From Candidatus Magasanikiibacteriota bacterium (GTDB lineage: Bacteria; Patescibacteriota; Patescibacteriia; Magasanikbacterales; UBA10003): DNA of 46,947 nucleotides. Below are positions 36,500 through 45,965 of this stretch, piece after piece. Location of the stretch: positions 1 to 46,947 of the forward strand of contig DAOMZV010000002.1 in the NCBI GenBank assembly GCA_035400705.1, read 5' to 3'. Each line of letters starts with the position of its first letter. The first letter of the stretch is position 1. The notes beneath the pieces are model-generated. The model saw nothing but the letters and a program-made list of their open reading frames with translations. It ran no database searches and was not told the origin of the DNA. Position numbers and translations under genes: made by a program.

Positions 36500-38083
36500 A
36501 TGAATAAATTAACACATAGTCCAGTTGTTTTAGCCATTTTAGATGGTTGGGGTGTTGCGCCACCTTCAGAAGGTAACCCCATAACTCAGGCAAATTTACC
36601 TAATTTTAAAAAGTTTATTAAAAATTATCCGGCCATGACCATTTTAGCTTCTGGCAATGAAGTTGGTTTGGAATGGGGGCAAATGGGTAATTCCGAGGTC
36701 GGTCACTTAAATATTGGAGCGGGTCGTGTTTATTATCAAACCCTCTTAAGATTAGATCGAGAAATTAAAGAGGGGTCTTTTTTCCAAAATGAAGCTTTGC
36801 GCGGAGCAATTGCTCACGCGAAAAAAAATAATTCCGTTTTGCATCTCATGGGTTTATTTAGTGGGGGCAATGTTCATGCTTCAGAAGAGCATGGTTATGC
36901 TTTGTTAGAGTTGGCTGCTCAAGAAAAACTTAGCCAAGTTTACATCCATGTTTTTTTAGATGGTCGCGATGCCTTGTTTAATGGCGGTTTAGAATCAGTC
37001 AAAAAATTACAAGCTCAAATGACCAAATTAAAAGTTGGCAAAATTGCTTCTATCTCTGGACGTTTTTATGCCATGGATAGAGATAACCACTGGGACAGAA
37101 TTGAAAAAAGTTATCGAGCAATTGTTGAAGGAAAGAGTGATGAAGTTTTTGATAATCCCTTAAAAGCTATTGAAAGTTCTTATGCCAAACAAATTTATGA
37201 CGAGCAGTTTATTCCAGTAGCTATTCAAGAAAAGAAACAGCCGGTAGCAACTGTGGGAGACAAAGATGCAGTAATCTTTTTTAATTTTCGGGCTGATCGG
37301 GCTAGACAATTAACCAAAGCCTTTGTTTTGCCTGGTTTTGATAAATTTTCTAGAAAATATTTTCCAAATTTATATTTTGTTACCATATCTGAATACGAAA
37401 AAGACCTGCCTGTTCATATTGCTTATCCGCCACAAATTGTTAAAAATTGTTTAGCCGAAGCGATTTCTAAGGCTGGTTTAAAACAATTCCATATTGCCGA
37501 AACCGAAAAATATGCCCACATCACTTTTTTCTTGAATGGTTTAACTGAGAATCCTTTTCCAGGAGAAGACCGGCAAATTATTCCTTCACCTAATGTGGCT
37601 AGCTTTGAACAAAAACCAGAGATGTCAGCTTTAGAAATTACCAAGAAAGTTTTACAAGTAATTGAAGAAAAAAAATATGATTTTATTGCCTTAAATTTTG
37701 CCAATGCCGATATGGTTGGTCATTCGGGTAATATGAAAGCAACTATCAAGGCAGCAGAAACAATTGACAACTGTTTAGGTCAGGTGGCTGATGCTACTTT
37801 GTCTAAGGGTGGTGTTTTAGTGATCACTGCCGATCATGGCAACGCTGAGGAATTGATTAATTTTAAAACTGGTCAAATTGATAAAGAACATAGCACTAAC
37901 CCAGTCCCCTTATTAATTGTTGGTAAAGAATGGGAAGGTCAACAGGGAATGGGTCAAGATGCCTTGGACGGTGATTTAAGTTTAATGCAACCAGTTGGTT
38001 TGCTTAGTGATGTGGCTCCGACAGTTTTGAAAATTTTAGGTGTAGATATTCCCCCGGAAATGACCAGTCAGCCTTTAATTTAA
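36500..38083 (+). CDS. gpmI: 2,3-bisphosphoglycerate-independent phosphoglycerate mutase, paralog 2 (527 aa)
   Basis: ILDGWG, GNSEVGH, LDGRD, GRFYAMDRDNHWDR, FNFRADRARQ, ETEKYAHITFF, NFANADMVGHSG, TADHGN, STNPVP. Confidence 0.9.
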   Translation: MNKLTHSPVVLAILDGWGVAPPSEGNPITQANLPNFKKFIKNYPAMTILASGNEVGLEWGQMGNSEVGHLNIGAGRVYYQTLLRLDREIKEGSFFQNEALRGAIAHAKKNNSVLHLMGLFSGGNVHASEEHGYALLELAAQEKLSQVYIHVFLDGRDALFNGGLESVKKLQAQMTKLKVGKIASISGRFYAMDRDNHWDRIEKSYRAIVEGKSDEVFDNPLKAIESSYAKQIYDEQFIPVAIQEKKQPVATVGDKDAVIFFNFRADRARQLTKAFVLPGFDKFSRKYFPNLYFVTISEYEKDLPVHIAYPPQIVKNCLAEAISKAGLKQFHIAETEKYAHITFFLNGLTENPFPGEDRQIIPSPNVASFEQKPEMSALEITKKVLQVIEEKKYDFIALNFANADMVGHSGNMKATIKAAETIDNCLGQVADATLSKGGVLVITADHGNAEELINFKTGQIDKEHSTNPVPLLIVGKEWEGQQGMGQDALDGDLSLMQPVGLLSDVAPTVLKILGVDIPPEMTSQPLI

Positions 38084-38086
38084 AAT

Positions 38087-38947
38087 ATGCCAGAATTGCC
38101 AGAAGTAGAAACTATTCGTCATGATTTAGAAAAAATGATTGAGGGCAAGAAAATTGCTCAGGTTGAGGTGTTGACCAAATCAATAGTTGAACCAAATAAC
38201 TTTTCTAAAATAGTCGTTGGTAAAAAAATTATAACAGTATCGCGTCGCGCTAAGCTTTTGATGCTGAAGTTATCTGATAATTGGCAGTTGTTGATTCATT
38301 TAAAAATGACTGGTCAATTGATTTATCGTTTGGGTAGGGGAGAAGTGGCTGCGGTGGGAGGGCACCCCATTGCTTTGGGCTTGCAGGTTTTACCTAATAA
38401 ATTTACTCGCGCGGTTTTTACTTTAAATGACCAAAGCAAATTATTTTTTAATGATATTAGAAAGTTTGGCTGTCTCAAGGCGGTTAGAAATTCTGTAGCG
38501 GAAAAAATTAAAATTCAGTATGGTATAGAACCTCTAACGAAGGAGTTCACTTTAAAAAATTTTTCTAAAGTTTTAACCAGAAGGCCAAAAATGAAGGTAA
38601 AACAATTTTTGTTGGCTCAAGAATTAATAGCTGGTTTAGGCAATATTTATTCTGATGAAGCCTGTTTTTATGCTGGGGTCAAGCCAACTCGAACCACGAG
38701 TAGTTTACATCCAGTCGAAATAAAAAAATTATTTTCAGCCATTAGTCAGGTACTGAAAAAATCTTTAAAATATCGGGGGACTTCTTCCGAAAATTATGTG
38801 GATGCTTCGGGAAGATCTGGCGGGTTTGTTCCTCACTTGATGGTTTATGGTCGAGCTGGAGAAAAATGTAAAAAATGTGATAAGAATTTAATCAAAATAA
38901 AACTTGGTGGCCGGACTTCGGTTTATTGTCCGCACTGCCAAAAATAA
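38087..38947 (+). CDS. mutM: Formamidopyrimidine-DNA glycosylase
   Basis: N-terminal MPELPEVE, H2TH region, and C-terminal zinc finger CKKC...CPHC. Starts 3 nt after gpmI. Confidence 0.9.
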   Translation: MPELPEVETIRHDLEKMIEGKKIAQVEVLTKSIVEPNNFSKIVVGKKIITVSRRAKLLMLKLSDNWQLLIHLKMTGQLIYRLGRGEVAAVGGHPIALGLQVLPNKFTRAVFTLNDQSKLFFNDIRKFGCLKAVRNSVAEKIKIQYGIEPLTKEFTLKNFSKVLTRRPKMKVKQFLLAQELIAGLGNIYSDEACFYAGVKPTRTTSSLHPVEIKKLFSAISQVLKKSLKYRGTSSENYVDASGRSGGFVPHLMVYGRAGEKCKKCDKNLIKIKLGGRTSVYCPHCQK

Positions 38948-38950
38948 TCT

Positions 38951-39475
38951 ATGAATTTTTTAAGACAATTAGATTATAGATTGATGCGTTTAATTAATGG
39001 TTGGGCCAAACACTATAAATTGTTGGATTATTTTGGGGTATTTTGTGCCGTCTACTTAATTTGGATTATGGTCGCGCTAGCCCTGAGTTTATTCTTTTAC
39101 ATTCCTAAAAACATTAATCGTTTAAAATATTTATTTGTTTTGCTAGCTTCTAGCGTTGGCGCTTATTTAATTTCGGCTGTTTTTGGTTTTATTTATGGCC
39201 GCGCCAGACCATTTGTAGGTTTTAATGGCTTAAACCAGCTAATTGCCACTTCTTTTTCTCATAAATCTTTTCCTTCCTCTCACTCTACTTTGGCATTTGC
39301 TTTAGCTTTTAGTGTTTTATTTTTTAACCGCCCCTTAGGGATTTTAATGTTAATTTTAGCCATTTTAGTGGCTTGGGGGAGAGTTTTTGTCGGTGTCCAT
39401 TACCCTATGGATATTTTAGGTGGGGCTATTTTAGGTGGATTGGTCAGTTTGGTAGTTTATCGTTTATTAGTCTAA
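38951..39475 (+). CDS. PAP2-family phosphatase (BcrC-like undecaprenyl-diphosphatase candidate)
   Basis: KSFPSSHS ... GRVFVGVHYPMD, the PAP2 acid-phosphatase motifs. Multi-TM. Confidence 0.8.
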   Translation: MNFLRQLDYRLMRLINGWAKHYKLLDYFGVFCAVYLIWIMVALALSLFFYIPKNINRLKYLFVLLASSVGAYLISAVFGFIYGRARPFVGFNGLNQLIATSFSHKSFPSSHSTLAFALAFSVLFFNRPLGILMLILAILVAWGRVFVGVHYPMDILGGAILGGLVSLVVYRLLV

Positions 39476-39481
39476 GTCCTC

Positions 39482-39510
39482 TTGACAAAAAAGTTTTTTT
39501 AGTGTATAGT
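39482..39510 (+). promoter_or_regulatory. Consensus-like promoter for the 39552 small ORF/RNA
   Basis: TTGACA-17 nt-TATAGT. Confidence 0.6.
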
Positions 39511-39512
39511 AA

Positions 39513-39521
39513 TTATCCGCG
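39513..39521 (+). repeat. Left arm of a 9-nt inverted repeat (TTATCCGCG)
   Basis: Perfect complement of 39747-39755. Sits at the predicted transcript 5' end. Confidence 0.6.
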
Positions 39522-39551
39522 TTAATTTAACAAAAAAACAAAGAGGGTGAT

Positions 39552-39737
39552 ATGTTTACAAGCAGCGCTAAGATTGAAATTGACATTGATGAGGAATTGT
39601 GGTTAGAATTTAAGAAATCATTGTCTCGGCGAGGCGTTGACGCTCGCCTTTCTCCCGACAAAAGGGAGATAATCTATACAAGCCAAAAGTCCGGGAAAAC
39701 AACAACCTCTCATTCTAGGCTTGTGCAAAAAGATTAG
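39552..39737 (+). CDS. Small hypothetical protein (61 aa), possibly ribbon-helix-helix-like; coding status uncertain
   Basis: SD-like AGAGGGTGA lies 3 nt before the ATG. The N-terminus KIEIDIDEELWLEFKK resembles the beta-strand plus helix of RHH/antitoxin-type proteins. The region is also rich in hairpins. Confidence 0.35.
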   Translation: MFTSSAKIEIDIDEELWLEFKKSLSRRGVDARLSPDKREIIYTSQKSGKTTTSHSRLVQKD

Positions 39738-39746
39738 ATGTTTTTT

Positions 39747-39755
39747 CGCGGATAA
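39747..39755 (+). repeat. Right arm of the 9-nt inverted repeat (CGCGGATAA)
   Basis: Lies 9 nt after the ORF stop and 5 nt before the terminator stem. Confidence 0.6.
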
Positions 39756-39790
39756 CAAAAGCTGCTGGAAGTTCCAGCAGCCTTTTTTTA
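39756..39790. terminator. Bidirectional intrinsic terminator (small ORF / kinase-like gene)
   Basis: GCTGCTGG-AAGTT-CCAGCAGC followed by CTTTTTTT. An A-rich run upstream serves the minus strand. Confidence 0.8.
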
Positions 39791-41140
39791 AATAGATTTA
39801 ATAAATTTGATTAAGGAATTTTGTATGGGTAAGGGTAGCGAACGTCTTTTTTTGTCTGGGTCAACTTTTAGTAAATTAGTTAGATAGTTTTTTACTTGTT
39901 CAGCTGTAACCATTTTTTCTTCTAACATCGCTAATAAGGTCACTTCGGCAAATTCTGCTGGCGGCAGAGGCAGTCTTAAAGATGACCAGATATTACCAAA
40001 TAATTCTTCTAAATTAATTTCTCGTCCGGCTGAAGGAATAACTTTTTCTTGCCAGAATTTTTGCCAATCGGGATGTTTTTTTAATCTATCTAAATTTCTT
40101 TGGACGTTATTAAAGAAATCACGAAACTCTTGCTGCTTAACTTCCTCATGGCGAGTAGTGAGAGGTTTTAAATCTCTGACTAAAGCCAAATCATCCGCAT
40201 AGTCAATTCCGTTTTCATGATAAAGGTCGTCACTAAACTCACCTTCAAAACTAGTAGCTGAACCAAAATCAATCACATAGACTTGAGGTTCTGTTTCAGC
40301 AGAAGCTTGATGATCTCCAACAACTAAAAAATTACGATGATGGCCGTCTCTAAAGCACAAACCGTTTTGATGAAACAGCTGCATGCTTTTTTCTATTTGG
40401 CTTAGAATTGTCGGGTGCAAAACCAGCCCACGTTTTTTTAAAACATCATATAGAATCTGCGCATTTTCATCCATTACTCTTTCTTCATCAATTTGGCGCT
40501 GGGCAGAATCTTTAGTTTTAGTTTTGGCTTGATAAAACAAAACTTGGGAAACCTGTTCTTGTAAATCCTCAAAAGTCATTTCTTCAGCAAAGTTTTTTAA
40601 ATGAACAAAACGTTCATCTCTTTTAATGGTTTCTCGATAAAGTAAAGTGGCCAAGTCAGCACCAGGGACGTAATCCATGATAATAATTTCTGCTCGATCA
40701 GCCACGCCTTCCGCTCCGCTTAAACGAATTTTGTCTCTAGTTTCTTCTTTAAGTTGTAAATCAAAGAAATCTAAAGGTTTAGGAACCCTAGCTAAGCCAG
40801 AATTTTGGTTTTGGTCTAAAATATCATAAGCTTGTTGTTGTAGGGCAAATTCTTGGCGGCCAGTACCAGGGGAATAAATTTTTAAAATTTTAAGTGCTTG
40901 TTCTGAATCTATTTTTGCCCCCTTTTTTTCTAAATATTTTTTAAGGTTAGGTAATTCTCCTCCTTCTGAAAAATTAATTTTTAAGATTATGCCGTTGCTT
41001 CCTTCGTTAACTTTTTTAGCATGCTTTAAGATATAAAGCTCCAATTCGCTTTCTGCTATCTGTCTTTCTATATCTTCCTCTGTTTCTTGAGGGTTAGAAG
41101 AATTTTCAAAATTATTATTATCTGGAGATGGTCGACGCAT
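39788..41140 (-). CDS. Protein-kinase-like fold phosphotransferase (APH/choline-kinase-like), substrate unknown
   Basis: Gly-rich NEGSNGIILKI, beta3 Lys ALKILK, hinge IIIMDYVPGADL, catalytic loop FRDGHHRNFLV (D-x-H-x-x-N), metal-binding VIDFGSA, downstream ADDLALV. About 85-aa insert before the catalytic loop and about 130-aa helical C-terminal extension. Confidence 0.6.
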   Translation of the reverse strand: MRRPSPDNNNFENSSNPQETEEDIERQIAESELELYILKHAKKVNEGSNGIILKINFSEGGELPNLKKYLEKKGAKIDSEQALKILKIYSPGTGRQEFALQQQAYDILDQNQNSGLARVPKPLDFFDLQLKEETRDKIRLSGAEGVADRAEIIIMDYVPGADLATLLYRETIKRDERFVHLKNFAEEMTFEDLQEQVSQVLFYQAKTKTKDSAQRQIDEERVMDENAQILYDVLKKRGLVLHPTILSQIEKSMQLFHQNGLCFRDGHHRNFLVVGDHQASAETEPQVYVIDFGSATSFEGEFSDDLYHENGIDYADDLALVRDLKPLTTRHEEVKQQEFRDFFNNVQRNLDRLKKHPDWQKFWQEKVIPSAGREINLEELFGNIWSSLRLPLPPAEFAEVTLLAMLEEKMVTAEQVKNYLTNLLKVDPDKKRRSLPLPIQNSLIKFIKSI

Positions 41141-41164
41141 ATTTTTAAGCTTAAATATAAATTA

Positions 41165-41193
41165 ATTATAGCACATTTTAAGGCTTTTGTCAA
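41165..41193 (-). promoter_or_regulatory. Consensus promoter for the kinase-like gene
   Basis: Minus strand reads TTGACA-AAAGCCTTAAAATGTGC-TATAAT. Confidence 0.65.
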
Positions 41194-41205
41194 TCTAAAA
41201 ATAAC

Positions 41206-41234
41206 TTGCCAAGAAATGATTTTTTAGATAAAAT
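41206..41234 (+). promoter_or_regulatory. Candidate promoter for the nucleotidyltransferase gene
   Basis: TTGCCA-17 nt-TAAAAT. Confidence 0.5.
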
Positions 41235-41252
41235 TAAGACAATAATAAGCTT

Positions 41253-42335
41253 ATGAAAATAATAATTTTAACTGGTGGCGTGGGTAAAAGATTGTGGCCA
41301 TTAGGTAGACAAAATAATCCCAAGCAGTTTTTTCCCATCATTAGTAAAAAACCTTTAGTTAAGGAAACTTATGATCGGTTTGTCAAAATTTATGGTTCAA
41401 AAAAGATTTTTTTATCGACAACAGCCGATTTATTGCCTTTTTTGAAAAAAATTTTTCCTAAGTTGTCAGCTAATCAGTTTTTAGTAGAGCCGAGCCGTCG
41501 GGATACGGCGCCAGCTATGGGTTTTGCCTCTTTAAAAATGTTTTTGCAAAATCCTGATGAACCGATAGTTTTTATTCCCTCCGATCATTTTGTAGCCGAT
41601 GTTCCCAAATACTTGGATTGTTTTAAAATTGGGGAAGAATTGATAAAGAAAACTAATTGTTTAGTGGATATTGGCGTTACTGCCACTTTTCCTAGTACGG
41701 TTTTGGGGTATACTAAAGTCGGTTCTCTTTATAAAAAAATAAAAGGCGTAGAAGTTTTTAATTTTGCCGGACATACAGAAAAACCCAATGTTACAACCGC
41801 AACCCAATATTTAGCCAGTGGCCATTATTTGTGGCATGGCAATTATTATATGTGGACGCCGCGTTTATTTTTGCAGGCCTTGCAAACCTATGTCCCGGAA
41901 ATCAGTTCTGGTTTAGAAAAAATTAAAATTGCTTTGCTGAATAGAGACACGGCGAAAATTAAAAATTTGTATCAGCAACTTCCTAAAGTATCTTTTGATT
42001 ATGCCGTAACCGAAAAAATCAGCAAAAAACAAGTTCTAATTATTAAAGGTAATTTTGGTTGGAGCGATATCGGAGCTTGGGATGTTTTACATAATCAATT
42101 GCAGAGCGAGGCTGATTCTTTAGGCAATGTAGCTAAGGGTCGGGTGGTTCATCAGGGAACTAAAAATTGTTTGTTGTTTTCTCATTCGCAAAAAGTTTTA
42201 GCTGCTGTCGGTTTGGAAGATATGATTGTGGTAGACACCGAGGATGCTCTGTTAGTTTGTCCTAAAAATCGAGCGCAAGAGGTTAAAAAATTGATTGAAA
42301 AAATTGAAGAACAGGGTTTAAATAAGTATTTATAA
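41253..42335 (+). CDS. Sugar-1-phosphate nucleotidyltransferase (mannose-1-phosphate guanylyltransferase-like, no cupin/PMI domain)
   Basis: IILTGGVGKRLWPL, EPSRRDTAPA, SDH, FDYAV.EK, W.DIGAW. Confidence 0.8.
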   Translation: MKIIILTGGVGKRLWPLGRQNNPKQFFPIISKKPLVKETYDRFVKIYGSKKIFLSTTADLLPFLKKIFPKLSANQFLVEPSRRDTAPAMGFASLKMFLQNPDEPIVFIPSDHFVADVPKYLDCFKIGEELIKKTNCLVDIGVTATFPSTVLGYTKVGSLYKKIKGVEVFNFAGHTEKPNVTTATQYLASGHYLWHGNYYMWTPRLFLQALQTYVPEISSGLEKIKIALLNRDTAKIKNLYQQLPKVSFDYAVTEKISKKQVLIIKGNFGWSDIGAWDVLHNQLQSEADSLGNVAKGRVVHQGTKNCLLFSHSQKVLAAVGLEDMIVVDTEDALLVCPKNRAQEVKKLIEKIEEQGLNKYL

Positions 42336-42394
42336 ATTTTTATAAATTAAATTTTGTTGAAAGAATAAAAAAGCTTTCTAGTTATTTTTGAATT

Positions 42395-43234
42395 ATGAAA
42401 AAGATTTTCGTTATTTTGCTAGTCGCGGTAGTTTTATTTTTTGGAATAAAACATTGGCAAAATGAAAGACTACTAAAACAAGCCGAGGAAGCTCGAGACA
42501 AAGCCACAGTGCGCTTAACCTTTATTGAAGGTTGGACTTTGCGTGATTATGCTGATTATTTAAAACAACAGGGAGTTATTACTAATAACCAAGAATTTTT
42601 TGATGCGGTAGGGGAGCCAGCAGTTGATTATCGGCACGATCGTTTGCCAGTGGCCTTAGATTTTTTAGCCCCTTTTTCTTTTTTGCAAGATAAACCCGAA
42701 TATGCCACTTTGGAAGGCTATCTTTTTCCTGATACCTATTTTTTTGTCAAAGGAACTGCTATAGAAAATTTAGTCAAAAAAATGTTAAATAATTTTGAGG
42801 GAAAACTCACAGCTGAGATGCGAGCGGAAATTAAAAAACAAAATAAAACTATTTTTGAAATTGTGACGGTTGCTTCTTTAACCGAAGCTGAGGCTCAGAC
42901 TACCGAAGATCGCGCATTGGTAGCTGATATCATTTATCGTCGTCTAGCTAGTGGTATGCCTTTGCAATTAGATTCGACTGTCAACTATGTCACCGGCGAG
43001 AAAAATCCCGCTATTTCTTTAACCCAACAAAAAATTGATTCCCCTTATAATACCTATAAATATAAAAATTTACCTCTTGGTCCAATCAGTAATCCCAGTT
43101 TGGATTCACTGCAAGCCGCGATTTATCCTCAAAAAAATAATTATTGGTTTTTTTTAACTGGGACTGATGGCCGAATGCATTATGCTAAAAACTTAGCTGG
43201 TCATCAGGCTAATATGGTTAAATACTTAAAATAA
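42395..43234 (+). CDS. mltG: Endolytic murein transglycosylase MltG (YceG family)
   Basis: N-terminal TM, LEGYLFPDTY, ASL.EAE, LQLDSTVNY, SPYNTYKY.GLP.GPI.NP. Confidence 0.85.
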   Translation: MKKIFVILLVAVVLFFGIKHWQNERLLKQAEEARDKATVRLTFIEGWTLRDYADYLKQQGVITNNQEFFDAVGEPAVDYRHDRLPVALDFLAPFSFLQDKPEYATLEGYLFPDTYFFVKGTAIENLVKKMLNNFEGKLTAEMRAEIKKQNKTIFEIVTVASLTEAEAQTTEDRALVADIIYRRLASGMPLQLDSTVNYVTGEKNPAISLTQQKIDSPYNTYKYKNLPLGPISNPSLDSLQAAIYPQKNNYWFFLTGTDGRMHYAKNLAGHQANMVKYLK

Positions 43235-43238
43235 TTTT

Positions 43239-44264
43239 ATGTTGGTATCGGATTTTGATTATCATTTGCCGCTTGAGTTGATTGCTCAAGAGCCAGAGGA
43301 ACCCCGTGATCAAGCCAAACTTTTGGTATTAAAAAAAAGTGGGGAGGTTTTAGAGCACGATCATTTTTTTGGTTTGCCAAAATTTTTAAAAGCCGGGGAT
43401 GTTTTGGTTTTTAATGATACTAAAGTTTTTAAGGCTCGTTTGTTGGGAACAATTATTGGCAAACCAGCAGTCGTAGAAGTTTTTTTATTAAAATCAATCA
43501 ATAATTTTCAATGGGAAGTTTTACTTAAACCAGGTAGAAAATTAACCATTGGCTTGGAAGTAGAATTTGCGGAGAATTTACGTTGCGCCGTAATTTCTAA
43601 AAATGAAGATGGTACAGCAGTCGTGGAATTCAATCAACCTAAAGAATCTCTTTTGCAAATTACTGAAAAAATTGGTCACGTGCCTATTCCTCCTTATATT
43701 AAAAAAGAGCCGACCAAGGCCGAAGATTATCAAACAGTTTATGCACGGGAAGTTGGTTCGGTGGCGGCTCCGACGGCTGGTTTTCATTTTACCCCAGAAT
43801 TATTAGAAAAAATTAAACAACTGGGAGTGGAAATAAGGTTCGTGACCTTACATGTGGGGCTGGGAACTTTTTTACCTGTTAAAACAGAAGTGATAGAAGA
43901 ACATAAAATGCACAGCGAATGGGTGAATGTTACTTTAGAAACTGCTGAGGCTATTGCTCAAGCGAAAAAAGAAGGAAGAAGAGTTATTGCAGTTGGGACT
44001 ACGACCGCCAGAACTTTAGAGGGGGTCGTTGCCACTCAAGGCGCTCTAAAACCCTTTTCTGGCGAAATCAATATTTTTATTACTCCGGGTTGGCAATTTA
44101 AAATAATTGATGGCTTAATCACAAATTTTCATTTACCAAAGTCCACTTTATTGATGTTGGTAGCAGCTTTAGTTGGACGTGAAAAAATTTTGGCGGCTTA
44201 TCAAGAAGCCATTCAGAAACATTATCGTTTTTTTTCTTTTGGCGATGCCATGTTAATTATTTAA
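43239..44264 (+). CDS. queA: S-adenosylmethionine:tRNA ribosyltransferase-isomerase
   Basis: DFDYHLPLELIAQEP, YQTVYA, GSVAAPTAGFHFT, VGTTT.RTLE, TNFHLPKSTLLMLV. Confidence 0.95.
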   Translation: MLVSDFDYHLPLELIAQEPEEPRDQAKLLVLKKSGEVLEHDHFFGLPKFLKAGDVLVFNDTKVFKARLLGTIIGKPAVVEVFLLKSINNFQWEVLLKPGRKLTIGLEVEFAENLRCAVISKNEDGTAVVEFNQPKESLLQITEKIGHVPIPPYIKKEPTKAEDYQTVYAREVGSVAAPTAGFHFTPELLEKIKQLGVEIRFVTLHVGLGTFLPVKTEVIEEHKMHSEWVNVTLETAEAIAQAKKEGRRVIAVGTTTARTLEGVVATQGALKPFSGEINIFITPGWQFKIIDGLITNFHLPKSTLLMLVAALVGREKILAAYQEAIQKHYRFFSFGDAMLII

Positions 44265-44292
44265 AAATCCCCTTAAAGAAGGGGCTTTTTTG
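44263..44292. terminator. Bidirectional terminator between queA and tgt
   Basis: CCCCTT-AAAG-AAGGGG followed by CTTTTTT on plus and AUUUUUAAAU on minus. Confidence 0.65.
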
Positions 44293-44302
44293 TTGGTTAT
44301 TT

Positions 44303-45559
<1,257 letters not shown>

Positions 45560-45605
45560 ATTTGATAAGATTAAAAGGTAAAATAATTTATTTAATTTTT
45601 ATAAT

Positions 45606-45965
45606 ATGAAATTTATTTTTCATGTTTTAGGAACAATCTTTTTTGCTTTATGGATTGCTATAGGCGCCGTGGTTTTGTTTTTAGCCTTGTCTTTAATTAA
45701 AGTTAAACCTTGGCAGTTGTTATCTTCGGTTAATTTATCTGGAGTAACGGCAAACATAAGTAGTGCTGGAAATGTGGCCGAAGTAATTCAAAAAATTCAA
45801 AACAATAAAGAGGGAGTAGTTGCTGCTTATAATTCTTTAAACACTACCCAACAAGATTGTTTAAAAAAACAATTAGGCGAAACAATTATTAATAATGTTT
45901 TATCCGGCAAAGAAGTCAAACCAACTTCTGACATGATTTTAAAATCCCTGATCTGTGTTAAATAA
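45606..45965 (+). CDS. Small membrane-anchored hypothetical protein
   Basis: 119 aa with an N-terminal hydrophobic segment. Its end overlaps the next gene by 11 nt. Confidence 0.45.
   Translation: MKFIFHVLGTIFFALWIAIGAVVLFLALSLIKVKPWQLLSSVNLSGVTANISSAGNVAEVIQKIQNNKEGVVAAYNSLNTTQQDCLKKQLGETIINNVLSGKEVKPTSDMILKSLICVK

Noticed and set aside
39513-39755. TTATCCGCG and CGCGGATAA resemble DnaA boxes (TTATCCACA), which raises the idea of a replication origin.
   Set aside because: There are only two sites, each with two mismatches at conserved positions. There is no AT-rich unwinding element, no box cluster and no dnaA or dnaN nearby. They are better explained as an RNA-end pairing or an operator repeat.
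39788-41140. The kinase-like protein as a HipA-type toxin. It is ~450 aa, and DGHHRNF resembles the HipA DGHAKNF loop.
   Set aside because: No hipB-like gene lies upstream in the same operon. The only small ORF is convergent. The Gly-rich loop, ALK lysine, hinge and IDFG...DLA layout fits APH/choline-kinase-like enzymes better. The idea is kept only as a remark in the finding.
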